Source: a virus
Reading direction: 5' to 3' (one strand)
Length of the DNA stretch: 64,000 bases
Virus record (IMG/VR): IMGVR_UViG_3300002054_000060
Shown: in pieces, positions 1 through 8,495 of the stretch
Numbering within the stretch: position 1 is the stretch's first letter
Layout: every line of letters begins with the position of its first letter
The notes under the pieces: generated by a model
Seen by the model: the letters and a program-made list of their open reading frames with translations, nothing else
Databases searched by the model: none
Told to the model about the DNA's origin: nothing
Program-made: the position numbers and the translations under genes

Positions 1-2
1 GC

Positions 3-170
3 CTGAACACAGCGCAGGCGGTTGCCGGCAGTGTGCTGCGTGCGTTCGTGATGACAGAGGTGATCACGCCCAAAGACCATGAGGGTGTCTATCGACTGAA
101 TGCGGGGTCTGCAGTGCTGTGGATGATCGACGAGGCGGTGCGCGAAGGCGACTCAACTAAAATCAGATAA
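3..170 (+). CDS. 3' end of hypothetical protein (truncated by window start)
   Basis: Open frame LNTAQAVAG...GDSTKIR ending at TAA 168-170; read by hand. Confidence 0.45.
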   Translation: MNTAQAVAGSVLRAFVMTEVITPKDHEGVYRLNAGSAVLWMIDEAVREGDSTKIR

Positions 171-266
171 CCACACAGATACTAAGTAATTGCACACTTA
201 CCGTGTCTGGCAGCGCACAATAACCATTCCACAGACCAGTGGATCACTCACACGGAGAACAGGTTA

Positions 267-419
267 ATGAACGCAGGAGCCAAGATTGCCGACATCAATG
301 CCCAGCGCCGCAGCGTCATGCGTGCGCTGGGTGCGACGCGCAAAGCTGTTGAGCCAGCGGGCCGTGGCAAGCGCAGCTACAAGCGGCGTGCCAAGCACGC
401 CCGTGGCCGGTGGGAGTAG
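267..419 (+). CDS. arfA: ArfA-like (alternative ribosome rescue factor) 50-aa basic protein; not in ORF track
   Basis: Hand translation MNAGAKIADINAQRRSVMRALGATRKAVEPAGRGKRSYKRRAKHARGRWE. C-half resembles the ArfA core VExxxxGKxSYxRxxKHxxRGxWE. GGAG SD upstream. Confidence 0.6.
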   Translation: MNAGAKIADINAQRRSVMRALGATRKAVEPAGRGKRSYKRRAKHARGRWE

Positions 420-422
420 AGC

Positions 423-998
423 ATGAGCGATATTGAAGAGATTGACCTGCATGAGACGTTCATCGACGACCACACAGCTAGCCTGGCTCGTGCAATAAGC
501 GAGCACCAGTTTGTGTCAGTCGCAGATGGCTTCAGGCGCATCAGGCAAGCCCATGCAGAGGGCCAGACGCTCTACCTGCGGCTAAGCCAAGATGGATTTG
601 GTAGTTGCGCCTCTGTGCCGAGTGTCAGGCCCCAATGGAAGGTGCTGCAAGAGTTCAGCGTGGATTCGGCGAAGTTGAAGTTCCCCGGCCAGTCCGTGAG
701 TGCGCTGCCCGCCAAGGATCGCAAAGTCAGGGCGAACTTTGATGTACACGACATTCTGGTGCCGATCGATGCGCTGACTCCGACCATTACGCGGGCCAAG
801 ATGCTCAAGGTGCGCCCAGATCATTTCACTTTCGAGCCATCTGATGTGGGCCAGGCTGAGCATAGAGCCATGATGGGCCGCGTGGATCAGGCCGCACTTG
901 ATGCGATGGAGCACATGGAAACCTATAGGCAACAGAGAGCACTCGATGAGCGAGTGCGTGCGTTCGAGGGCTACGAAAACGCGGGCACATTCGCGTGA
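423..998 (+). CDS. hypothetical protein
   Basis: 191-aa ORF starting 4 nt after the previous stop. Confidence 0.75.
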   Translation: MSDIEEIDLHETFIDDHTASLARAISEHQFVSVADGFRRIRQAHAEGQTLYLRLSQDGFGSCASVPSVRPQWKVLQEFSVDSAKLKFPGQSVSALPAKDRKVRANFDVHDILVPIDALTPTITRAKMLKVRPDHFTFEPSDVGQAEHRAMMGRVDQAALDAMEHMETYRQQRALDERVRAFEGYENAGTFA

Positions 999-1894
999 CC
1001 GCAGACCTGCGCTATCAAGCTCGCCAAAAGATAGATCACTTTGAGGGGTACGCGGCCAGAATCCTCCAAAAGGGCAGTCGTGAGCACGAGTGGTGGCGAG
1101 ACACCGTGTTCGTACTGGCGACAGAACTAATGGATGCAGAGGCGCTTGCTCGCATACTGGCATTGCCGAGCGACCAAGAACTCCAGGCTGATCAACATAC
1201 TTGGATTGTCGAGCTATCAGAGCGGCTGCTGGAGCAAGTCGCCTTGTTTTTGATTACTTATGGGTGTTTGCGCAAAGACCAGGGCGATGAACGCATGAGC
1301 CTTGATCTGCGTGAACTGCACAGCGACATGAGCCCCTCAGAGCTGCCGACCTGGTGGCACCAGTTGCGAGCCAGGCCAAAAGCCCTTGAAGGGCTCACCA
1401 AGACCAGCTTGGTTGATCACACAGGCAAGTTGAAGCGCAGATCCCTACTGTTACGCACCTGTGATTACGACATCGAGTACATGCTAGGCGCTCAAATAGA
1501 TGACGTAGACATCAGGCAGTGTGCCGAAACTCAGACAAGCGACAAACTCGGGTACCGGCGTGTTCATCTGCTGAACGCAACGCAGGTGAGCCACGCACAG
1601 CTTCTGCACGGTTACATGTTTGAACCTGCAGTGGCTTTGGTTAAGGCTTCGCTCTCTGAATCGTCGTGCGCAGCTTGGTGTAACTACATGGCAAACCTGA
1701 TTGTTGAGCTCATCACCGCGTTTTCAGAGTCGTCGCCTGATAGCGACATTTCTATCACCACTATGCACAGCAAGATACAAATAAGTAAGGGAAAGTCAAC
1801 TGTCAAAAGTGGCATCATGCGAACGCATCAGCCGCAAGACTTCTCGCACTATCTCGACGACGCTAAGAACCACTTAGCGGGGCAATATGCCTAG
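995..1894 (+). CDS. hypothetical protein
   Basis: 299-aa ORF; GTGA start/stop overlap with the upstream gene. Confidence 0.75.
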   Translation: MTADLRYQARQKIDHFEGYAARILQKGSREHEWWRDTVFVLATELMDAEALARILALPSDQELQADQHTWIVELSERLLEQVALFLITYGCLRKDQGDERMSLDLRELHSDMSPSELPTWWHQLRARPKALEGLTKTSLVDHTGKLKRRSLLLRTCDYDIEYMLGAQIDDVDIRQCAETQTSDKLGYRRVHLLNATQVSHAQLLHGYMFEPAVALVKASLSESSCAAWCNYMANLIVELITAFSESSPDSDISITTMHSKIQISKGKSTVKSGIMRTHQPQDFSHYLDDAKNHLAGQYA

Positions 1895-1924
1895 CAGCAC
1901 TCACCACAAAGCAGGAGGAAAACG

Positions 1925-2776
1925 ATGGGTAGTACCGCAGAGTCAGGCGACGATATGAAGGCTGTCTACATCAGGATGTCAGACATAGATCACAAAAAAC
2001 CCGATGGGTGGACAGAAGAGCGCCACCAGTCGGAAATTTCACGGCACGTCAAAGTCATTTGCTACGCAATGATCGAGGACGCAGAGGCGGGGAGAGACCC
2101 AATGGGTTTCAGCACCGTTTACGACATGGCACTTACCGGAAAATTGCACCCGGAGATCACTGAATCAGTTGTGCAAGCAATACTGAAAAACCAAGGAAAA
2201 GAAATGAGTGATTTACCGGCGAGTGTTCAAAACGATGTTTTGGCGGCACAGAAAGCAGGCAAAGGCGTGCTGAGAGTGGTCGAGCGCAGAGAGGGCGCTG
2301 ATCGCCGCGATGGCAACGAAGGCGTTATTACTAAAGATAAGTTGCTCGTTGAGATTGACCTGCTGCACAAAGATGTCTCAAAACATCACTCAGAGGTAAC
2401 TGAGACGCTCAACCATGTGACCGAACAACACGACTCCCAGTGGAACTTCATTAGCGTAGTGCAGGCTCAAACAGAAGCTACGCAACGCGGGGCGCTAAAG
2501 ATCGCAGAGGGAGTACGGCTGCATATCAACTCAGCCATGTGGACAGGCTTTGCTGCCGGCGCCGCGATGATGTTGGGTGTCGCGACCGCCTTCACAGCCG
2601 GGCCACAAATGTGGTGGCTGGGTGCCTTCCTTGGCTTGCTGGGGTGCGGCTACATGGCCTCGCACTTTGCGCAAGCAAGCATACTCAAGCACGAGCTTGA
2701 AACCGCCAAGGAATCTCTATTGCAAGTTCAGAAAATGACAGGCAATTCGAGCCCTGTTGAGCCTGATAGCGCGTAG
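1925..2776 (+). CDS. hypothetical membrane protein (coiled coil plus two TM segments)
   Basis: AGGAGG SD; hydrophobic AMWTGFAAGAAMMLGVATAF and WWLGAFLGLLGCGYMA segments. Confidence 0.75.
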   Translation: MGSTAESGDDMKAVYIRMSDIDHKKPDGWTEERHQSEISRHVKVICYAMIEDAEAGRDPMGFSTVYDMALTGKLHPEITESVVQAILKNQGKEMSDLPASVQNDVLAAQKAGKGVLRVVERREGADRRDGNEGVITKDKLLVEIDLLHKDVSKHHSEVTETLNHVTEQHDSQWNFISVVQAQTEATQRGALKIAEGVRLHINSAMWTGFAAGAAMMLGVATAFTAGPQMWWLGAFLGLLGCGYMASHFAQASILKHELETAKESLLQVQKMTGNSSPVEPDSA

Positions 2777-2978
2777 ATTTCGCGCCGAAAATTTGTCTGT
2801 TTTTCACCAGCCCTTATAGTGAAAATACTTGCAGACATGCTGCATATTCCCGCACTGCAGAGTGCATGATGTACTCAGTGGCGCAACGCGAGCCACGCTC
2901 AACAATGTTGGCGCGCACAAGTGCTGCGCCGACACTGTGTAGTGAGTGAAGATAGCTGCGCGGGAGCGTGCAGCCTTT

Positions 2979-3018
2979 AACGCCAGATGAGCAGCAATGC
3001 CGTCTGGCGTTTTTTTTT
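2979..3018 (+). terminator. Rho-independent terminator
   Basis: Stem AACGCCAGA/TCTGGCGTT followed by a T run. Confidence 0.7.
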
Positions 3019-3087
3019 GGATTGGTGAGCACCTCGGTTAATCGCGCTCAGGATTGAGCCAACACAAGCCGCGTGGCAGCTCTTATA

Positions 3088-3099
3088 GTAAGCACTCAC
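3088..3099 (+). promoter_or_regulatory. 12-bp box (GTAAGCACTCAC)
   Basis: Overlaps TATAGT; 31 bp before ATG 3119. Confidence 0.8.
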
Positions 3100-3118
3100 T
3101 CACTACAGGAATTTCACC

Positions 3119-3508
3119 ATGAAGCTCATGACCGCGGAAATTGGAAAAGCGCTGCACGAGGCAGATGCAATGGTTCTTGCCACAGGCAAAACGCCAGACC
3201 CGATCGTTGTCAAATACTTCAACCCAATGGGTGCTGGGACGTGGCACATCGCCAGCGGCACGCCAATGGATGACCACGGCGACCCAACCACGCCAGACAA
3301 GGCGCTTGATTGGTGCCTGTACGGACTGTGTGACCTGGGGTTTGGCGCTGATTGCACAGAACTCGGCTACGTAATGCTCTCGGAGCTTGAGAACGTCGGC
3401 AAGTACCAGATACTGCCCATCGAGCGCGACATTCACTTTGAGGGGCTTATGTCAGAGCTGCTGGCTGATCTTGAGAGCCAGCGGGCCAGAGCAAGCGTGG
3501 CGCGATGA
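3119..3508 (+). CDS. DUF2958 family protein
   Basis: VKYFNPMGAGTW...YGLCDLGFG..ELGYVMLSEL...IERDIHF pattern typical of DUF2958. Confidence 0.75.
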   Translation: MKLMTAEIGKALHEADAMVLATGKTPDPIVVKYFNPMGAGTWHIASGTPMDDHGDPTTPDKALDWCLYGLCDLGFGADCTELGYVMLSELENVGKYQILPIERDIHFEGLMSELLADLESQRARASVAR

Positions 3509-3714
3509 GCATGGCGTACCCCGTCTGCAAAACATGCGGCGGCACTGACACGCTAGCCACTAACTCCACGGCACGCTGGCATGACAGTGGTGGCGCCGGT
3601 TACTTCGTCATCACGAGTGACCCGCACAACGAGATAGATCATTGCGACACCTGCGGTGAGAACCCATCAGTGGAGTGGCGAGACTATCCAGCCAAGGAGA
3701 CAAACAGTGGGTAG
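3505..3714 (+). CDS. small CxxC...CxxC zinc-finger-like protein
   Basis: CKTCG and CDTCG motifs; ATGA coupling. Confidence 0.65.
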   Translation: MSMAYPVCKTCGGTDTLATNSTARWHDSGGAGYFVITSDPHNEIDHCDTCGENPSVEWRDYPAKETNSG

Positions 3715-3988
3715 CTACCGCTGTATCGAAGAGCGCTACCTCGGGCGCGACAAGCTGTGGGTAACAATCAATAACGCTGTTAGCCCGCAAGAGGCTGCAC
3801 AAAGCTACTGCGAATTGTACTTGACCCACTTTGTCGGCAGCTCTGGCTTCAAGCGATCTCAAGTGATTATTGTTCAACCCATCGACAAGGCAGATCGCTA
3901 TCAGGCGACATTCACAATTGACGAGCTGAGAGGCTGGATGCTTGAGAGCTACAAACCCATTTCATCTGAATTAGGCAAAACCGCATGA
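3707..3988 (+). CDS. hypothetical protein, paralog family A (1 of 3)
   Basis: GTG start after AGGAG; motif YxC-x11-W-x8-PxxAAxxY. Confidence 0.65.
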   Translation: MGSYRCIEERYLGRDKLWVTINNAVSPQEAAQSYCELYLTHFVGSSGFKRSQVIIVQPIDKADRYQATFTIDELRGWMLESYKPISSELGKTA

Positions 3989-4236
3989 GTGATTTCTACT
4001 GCAAAGGGGTGTGGGGCCATGCGCAGCATGACGAGGGCTGGCTTCGATTCAAAGAGAGCTTGACGCCAGAAGAGGCCGCAGTGGCCTACGCCCAGTGGGA
4101 TTTGGAAGGCAGCGACATGGCCTATGTCGATGGCATGGGCGTGGCGGTAAAGCTCGGACTGGACGGCGAGGAGCAAGTGTTGAAGGTCAACGTCGCCGTT
4201 ACCTACGAATACAACTGCACGGCAGCAAAAATATGA
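3985..4236 (+). CDS. hypothetical protein, paralog family A (2 of 3)
   Basis: ATGA overlap; FYC...W...PEEAAVAY. Confidence 0.7.
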   Translation: MSDFYCKGVWGHAQHDEGWLRFKESLTPEEAAVAYAQWDLEGSDMAYVDGMGVAVKLGLDGEEQVLKVNVAVTYEYNCTAAKI

Positions 4237-4517
4237 GCAATAAAAAACACTACTACTGCATCAAGGCAAGCGATGCGGTGCTCGAGCGCGGCAAGTGGAT
4301 AGATATGGGTCCGTGTGATAACCCGATCACCGCCGCTGGGCGGTTTTGCAATGATCGGATACACCCCTTCAACGATATAGACCAGAGCTGCACGGTGCGC
4401 GTCAGAGAGGGGATCGATGGCCCGCAGTACGAGGTGGATCTCGAGGCCGAGATTGACGTGCAGTGGACCTGTTTCAGTTGCAACGTGGTGGAGGATGAAA
4501 ATGCCAAGCAGCCTTAG
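4233..4517 (+). CDS. hypothetical protein, paralog family A (3 of 3)
   Basis: Start moved to ATGA overlap at 4233; YYC...W...PITAAGRF. Confidence 0.7.
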   Translation: MSNKKHYYCIKASDAVLERGKWIDMGPCDNPITAAGRFCNDRIHPFNDIDQSCTVRVREGIDGPQYEVDLEAEIDVQWTCFSCNVVEDENAKQP

Positions 4518-5049
4518 ACTCGATGACCTTGCTGAGTTAGTGAAGCGAACAGTCTACAAAGAGCTGGAGCGGCAAGACAAAGAGAATCAATCACCTTATG
4601 TGTACATCAGAGGGGCGCATTTAAGCTCGCTGCTGGTTGATGGGAAGGTGAACATGAATCAGCTCGCCGAGGCGATCTTGAGCGCTCTGCCGGCGCCCAT
4701 TCGTGAACGCGCAGAGCGTGGCTTTTTTGACAGAGAGACAACAAGGTATGGCGGTTGGGTCCCGTGGCTTGACTCGGACGGTCAGGTGATTTGCTGGACT
4801 GACCCTGATGGGCGTACATTCAAGTGTGACAAGCATGGGTGGATAGACCCCAATGAACATCTGCCGCCACTCACAGACAGGGCAGAGTTTAGCGGCATCA
4901 TCACGTTGCTGGTGTCTTGCGACGAGGGAGTAGAAAGCGCGTCGGGTAACTTCACTCACAAGGGTTGGATCAGTGGGCTTGAGTGTCTGCCGCTCCAAGA
5001 GAGTGAAACCGTTGTGGGTTGGCAGCCATCGCCAGTAGATACAACCTGA
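4501..5049 (+). CDS. hypothetical protein
   Basis: ATG 4501 after GGAGG, in frame with track ORF 4417..5049. Confidence 0.65.
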   Translation: MPSSLRLDDLAELVKRTVYKELERQDKENQSPYVYIRGAHLSSLLVDGKVNMNQLAEAILSALPAPIRERAERGFFDRETTRYGGWVPWLDSDGQVICWTDPDGRTFKCDKHGWIDPNEHLPPLTDRAEFSGIITLLVSCDEGVESASGNFTHKGWISGLECLPLQESETVVGWQPSPVDTT

Positions 5050-5063
5050 GCCCAGCGCTTACA

Positions 5064-5075
5064 GTAACCACTCAC
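5064..5075 (+). promoter_or_regulatory. 12-bp box (GTAACCACTCAC)
   Basis: 36 bp before ATG 5100, with CACTACAGAGGAAA leader. Confidence 0.8.
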
Positions 5076-5099
5076 TTACGCACTACAGAGGAAACGACG

Positions 5100-5471
5100 A
5101 TGGCCCGGATACATTTCAAGCACGCTGATGCCAAGCGCATCTTTGACCTGGCGGTAGAACACAAGCAGGAAGTCTGTTTCGTCAAGGATGACGGCATCTA
5201 CTTGATGGTGCCCAACATGAAGGGCATTGACCCCGACGCCAATGACCACGGCATCAGCGTGGTCTACGCACACGGCGCTGACCCCAAGCAGGACGAGGAT
5301 TGTTGGGAGACTGCCCGGTTTCTCGCTGGCGGCGACGATTTCGGCGAGACTTTTGATGAAACCCTGGTTGCGAAGCTGCAAAAACAGATCGCAGATGATG
5401 CCCTTAAGTATTTCGTGGTTGATTTGAAGCCGGAAACTATGCAATTCGTCAGCAGCGATCGGCTTGTCTAA
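5100..5471 (+). CDS. DUF3085 family protein
   Basis: FVKDDGIYLM...VVYAHGADP...GGDDFGE motifs; start reset to ATG 5100 after AGAGGAAA. Confidence 0.75.
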   Translation: MARIHFKHADAKRIFDLAVEHKQEVCFVKDDGIYLMVPNMKGIDPDANDHGISVVYAHGADPKQDEDCWETARFLAGGDDFGETFDETLVAKLQKQIADDALKYFVVDLKPETMQFVSSDRLV

Positions 5472-5571
5472 ATTCCCCTGCAATGCGGCGGGGTACGGCT
5501 GGCTTTCCATGTACAGCAGCCCCGCTGCGCTGCCCTTTGTATCACTCACCTGACCTGGAGACACCGCACCG

Positions 5572-5913
5572 ATGAGAACCTCACCTGACAAGCCCTTGCC
5601 GAGTATGCCCGTGCCGGATAACCCCGTGCTTGAGCCGTACTCGATAGAGCCGTACACCGTGTTGCTGCTGTACCCGGATTACATGGCCTCAGATTTCGGC
5701 CACGAGACGTATTTGGCCTGGGTTGAAGCGCCTGACGCTGGAAAGGCAATACGAGTCGCGCAAGAAGAGGTCATGCAGAGCAGTGACAGCGAATCCGATA
5801 CGGAGCGCGACCCCGATGACTTTCATTGCCTAGCGTGCTTTAAGGGCCATCACAACGACTACAGCAGCGAGCAGAGCATAGCCACACCAGCCGGACTCCT
5901 GAGCGTACAGTAA
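5572..5913 (+). CDS. hypothetical phage protein
   Basis: YTVLLLYPDY...ETYLAWVEA pattern; start uncertain. Confidence 0.65.
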   Translation: MRTSPDKPLPSMPVPDNPVLEPYSIEPYTVLLLYPDYMASDFGHETYLAWVEAPDAGKAIRVAQEEVMQSSDSESDTERDPDDFHCLACFKGHHNDYSSEQSIATPAGLLSVQ

Positions 5914-5921
5914 TCACTCAC
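5910..5921 (+). promoter_or_regulatory. 12-bp box (GTAATCACTCAC)
   Basis: 35 bp before ATG 5945. Confidence 0.8.
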
Positions 5922-5944
5922 TTACATCACAGAGGAAAACAACG

Positions 5945-6316
5945 ATGGGCCTTGACCAAAACGCATTTGCACACAAGGGCGCACTGCCGCAGCCAACCGA
6001 CTTTGAGCCCAAACCGGAAGAAATATCTGAGCTTTTCTACTGGCGCAAACACGCTGACCTGGAGGGCTGGATGGAGAAGCTCTACCGGGAGAAAGGCGGC
6101 AAAGAAGAGGTGTTCAACGTCGCCACGGTCGAGCTGACCATGCAAGACATCGACCGGCTTGAGCGCGACGTGCTGGCAGATTCACTGCCGCACACGGAAG
6201 GGTTCTTCTTCGGAAAAAGCCACCCAGAGGACAAAGAGGCAACGCTGAAGTTCATCGGGCTAGCACGCGAGACGCTTAGAGGCGGCGACTCGGTGTTCTA
6301 CACAAGCTGGTGGTAA
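5945..6316 (+). CDS. hypothetical phage protein, MGLD...WRK family (paralog of 12628..12987)
   Basis: MGLDQNAF...FYWRKHADLEGWMEKLY...VFYTSWW. Confidence 0.8.
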   Translation: MGLDQNAFAHKGALPQPTDFEPKPEEISELFYWRKHADLEGWMEKLYREKGGKEEVFNVATVELTMQDIDRLERDVLADSLPHTEGFFFGKSHPEDKEATLKFIGLARETLRGGDSVFYTSWW

Positions 6317-6380
6317 CACGCTGAAAACGGGACTGTGGGCTGGTGATCACGCTAACGCCACCCGCAGTCCTGCGCTTATA

Positions 6381-6392
6381 GTAAGCACTCAC
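6381..6392 (+). promoter_or_regulatory. 12-bp box (GTAAGCACTCAC)
   Basis: 35 bp before ATG 6416; preceded by GGACTGTGGG/CCCGCAGTCC hairpin. Confidence 0.8.
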
Positions 6393-6415
6393 TCACGCAC
6401 TAGAGGAAATTCACC

Positions 6416-6721
6416 ATGAAGCCCGAACATCTATTGGCGCGCCTAGCTTGCGATGTGATCGAACAGGTCGATTCTCTCGGGTACAGGCTCGACACGCATC
6501 GCCAGCAGATCGAGGGGCTCATTGAGCTTGTTGAAATGGTGGCCGATGCCGTCTGGGACCAGCAGGGCGAGCGCTTCTGTGTCGATATGAACCAGAACGG
6601 CACTTGTATGCGCTACTTCGACCCGATCAATTCTCACGTCTACGATCCAGCGCAGTACAGCCACCGGCTGTATTCCTACTTTCACTGGCAGTTGACAGCA
6701 GCAGAGGTAGAAGCTGCATAA
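6416..6721 (+). CDS. hypothetical protein
   Basis: Leader plus AGAGGA SD; 101 aa. Confidence 0.75.
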   Translation: MKPEHLLARLACDVIEQVDSLGYRLDTHRQQIEGLIELVEMVADAVWDQQGERFCVDMNQNGTCMRYFDPINSHVYDPAQYSHRLYSYFHWQLTAAEVEAA

Positions 6722-6733
6722 GCAAGGAGTCAA

Positions 6734-6909
6734 ATGCCCCTTGGTTCACCAACTACTATTGTCACGATGACTGCGCGGTACAACCCGGCGTGGCGTGGCA
6801 AGACGAATGGGACTGCATGTGTAATGACCGCTGCCCAGCATGCAACCACGAGATAGAGCCCTACCAATCCACTGAGCGCCCCTCAGAAGAGCCAACAAAC
6901 ACAAAGTAA
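6734..6909 (+). pseudogene. small Cys-rich protein with apparent frameshift near its start
   Basis: SD AAGGAG then ATG 6734 is out of frame with the WFTNYYCH..C...CNDRCPAC body by one base at a CCCC run. Confidence 0.45.
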
Positions 6910-6937
6910 GTACATGCTAACTTCAACAGGCAAAACA

Positions 6938-7219
6938 ATGAACTCACCAAACCTACAACTGGTCGTTGACAACAACGGCTTCGAGCACTTGTCTCGCATG
7001 GAGCAAGACGCGGTGATCTTCCAAGCCATAGAAAAAAGCGGGGTAGCTGTAGCGATGCTCGATGACCTTGGCCCCGATGAAATCATCCATGCGCACAAGA
7101 TGCTTGACCGGGGTCAGCTACGATTGATTAGCTATGCCGCCAAAAACGATGCGGTAGCCATTGATGATGCGTGGCGTGACCATGACAAGCGCGGAAAACT
7201 GTACTTGGCTGTTAACTGA
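6938..7219 (+). CDS. hypothetical protein
   Basis: Track ORF 6914..7219; likely start ATG 6938. Confidence 0.7.
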   Translation: MNSPNLQLVVDNNGFEHLSRMEQDAVIFQAIEKSGVAVAMLDDLGPDEIIHAHKMLDRGQLRLISYAAKNDAVAIDDAWRDHDKRGKLYLAVN

Positions 7220-7233
7220 ATAGAAAACCCTTT

Positions 7234-7614
7234 ATGCCAACGAAGCTGATCAAACACGGCGTTATGGAGATGTGGCGCACCCGTGCATCATCTGACGAGG
7301 ACATTTTGCCCGCCAGGCAAAAGAACGGTGTCCAGTACGCCGGCCACAGCTACACGCTGACAGCGGACCTGGGCCGTGTTGACATTGAGTTCACCAGCGG
7401 AATCTGGCGGCAAAACAGCATCACGGTGACGTTCATCCATGATGCTATCAGCAGGTTGTGGCACCCCGTCGTTGAGATGCACACAGCAGCGGGCAGCATT
7501 GCCCTGATGGACATCGCAGAGGAGCTGCCGGAAGTGGTGGAGTTTGCCCTTGAGGAGTTCGACCAGGTAAAGAACCGGTTTGTATTGCCACGGCAACAGC
7601 CGCGCACTGCTTAA
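7234..7614 (+). CDS. hypothetical protein
   Basis: 126-aa ORF in the co-directional array. Confidence 0.7.
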   Translation: MPTKLIKHGVMEMWRTRASSDEDILPARQKNGVQYAGHSYTLTADLGRVDIEFTSGIWRQNSITVTFIHDAISRLWHPVVEMHTAAGSIALMDIAEELPEVVEFALEEFDQVKNRFVLPRQQPRTA

Positions 7615-7639
7615 CAACCCCCTCAGTATTGGCTTCATA

Positions 7640-7651
7640 GTAAACACTCAC
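7640..7651 (+). promoter_or_regulatory. 12-bp box (GTAAACACTCAC)
   Basis: 37 bp before ATG 7677. Confidence 0.75.
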
Positions 7652-7676
7652 TTACACACTACACATGGAAAAAATA

Positions 7677-7943
7677 ATGAAGCACTGGATACCGGTGGGC
7701 GATGCGATGCCACACCCGTTCAAACTCTGCCACGTCACCATAGCCAACCGAATTGGTGAGCGCTGGGTCGAGCGGCACCACTACATTCTGCGCGACAAGG
7801 ACTGGCGTAAAACCTATGACCCAAGTGTGCGGGCCAACGTTAATACCCCTGAAAATGACGGGGATATGATCGTGAGCTGGCGCTACATGGAAGAGGTGGG
7901 CATCGACGTGGATAGCCCACTGCCTGCGGAGATTGCGGCATGA
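7677..7943 (+). CDS. hypothetical protein
   Basis: MKHWIPVGDAMP... after the leader. Confidence 0.7.
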   Translation: MKHWIPVGDAMPHPFKLCHVTIANRIGERWVERHHYILRDKDWRKTYDPSVRANVNTPENDGDMIVSWRYMEEVGIDVDSPLPAEIAA

Positions 7944-8200
7944 CCTTCTGGCCCTCGCACTTGTCGTGGCCTGAAACCATCGTGGTGGGCTTGCTGGCCT
8001 TGCTTTGGCTGTCAATCATCTTGCGGCTACTGCTCACACCACAAGCACGGCAGTTTCTGCTGGGTGTCGAGGTGACAGTGGAAGGCAGGACGCGAGATGG
8101 GCAAATTCGCCGTCAAAAATTTCAGGTACGGGGAGCAAAAGCATTACGGCTGGCCCGCTCTGCAAAGCGACAAGGTATTTACTCTGATGGCCGCTCGTAA
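7940..8200 (+). CDS. small membrane protein
   Basis: ATGA overlap; TM segment IVVGLLALLWLSIILRLLL. Confidence 0.65.
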   Translation: MTFWPSHLSWPETIVVGLLALLWLSIILRLLLTPQARQFLLGVEVTVEGRTRDGQIRRQKFQVRGAKALRLARSAKRQGIYSDGRS

Positions 8201-8435
8201 GCGCAAGGGGATCCCAATAAAGGGCGTCGATGGCGAGCCGCTCGATGACCTGGTTACGCGGGAGTTTCGGAACGCCGCACGAGAAATCTCCCAAAAATTC
8301 ATGCACCACATCGTTGTGCACGATAGATCCCTGCAGGAGACGCTCACAGCCGTTTACATGCACGGCTTTATACACGGGCACCAGTTGACCCGTGAAAATG
8401 ACTCAGCGGTCACTGGGGCTGACGACGCGAACTGA
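8187..8435 (+). CDS. hypothetical protein
   Basis: Track ORF 8097..8435; start moved to ATG 8187 to reduce the overlap. Confidence 0.6.
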   Translation: MAARKRKGIPIKGVDGEPLDDLVTREFRNAAREISQKFMHHIVVHDRSLQETLTAVYMHGFIHGHQLTRENDSAVTGADDAN

Positions 8436-8460
8436 CAAAGCCCTTGTTGTGGCACATACA

Positions 8461-8472
8461 GTAACTAATCAC
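8461..8472 (+). promoter_or_regulatory. degenerate 12-bp box (GTAACTAATCAC)
   Basis: Followed by the TTACACACTACAGAGGAAA leader; 35 bp before ATG 8496. Confidence 0.7.
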
Positions 8473-8495
8473 TTACACACTACAGAGGAAACGCA

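Noticed and set aside
2814-3032. - strand ORF behind a reversed CACTCACTAC leader fragment (2939-2949)
   Set aside because: No SD or convincing start, spans a terminator, no recognisable motif.
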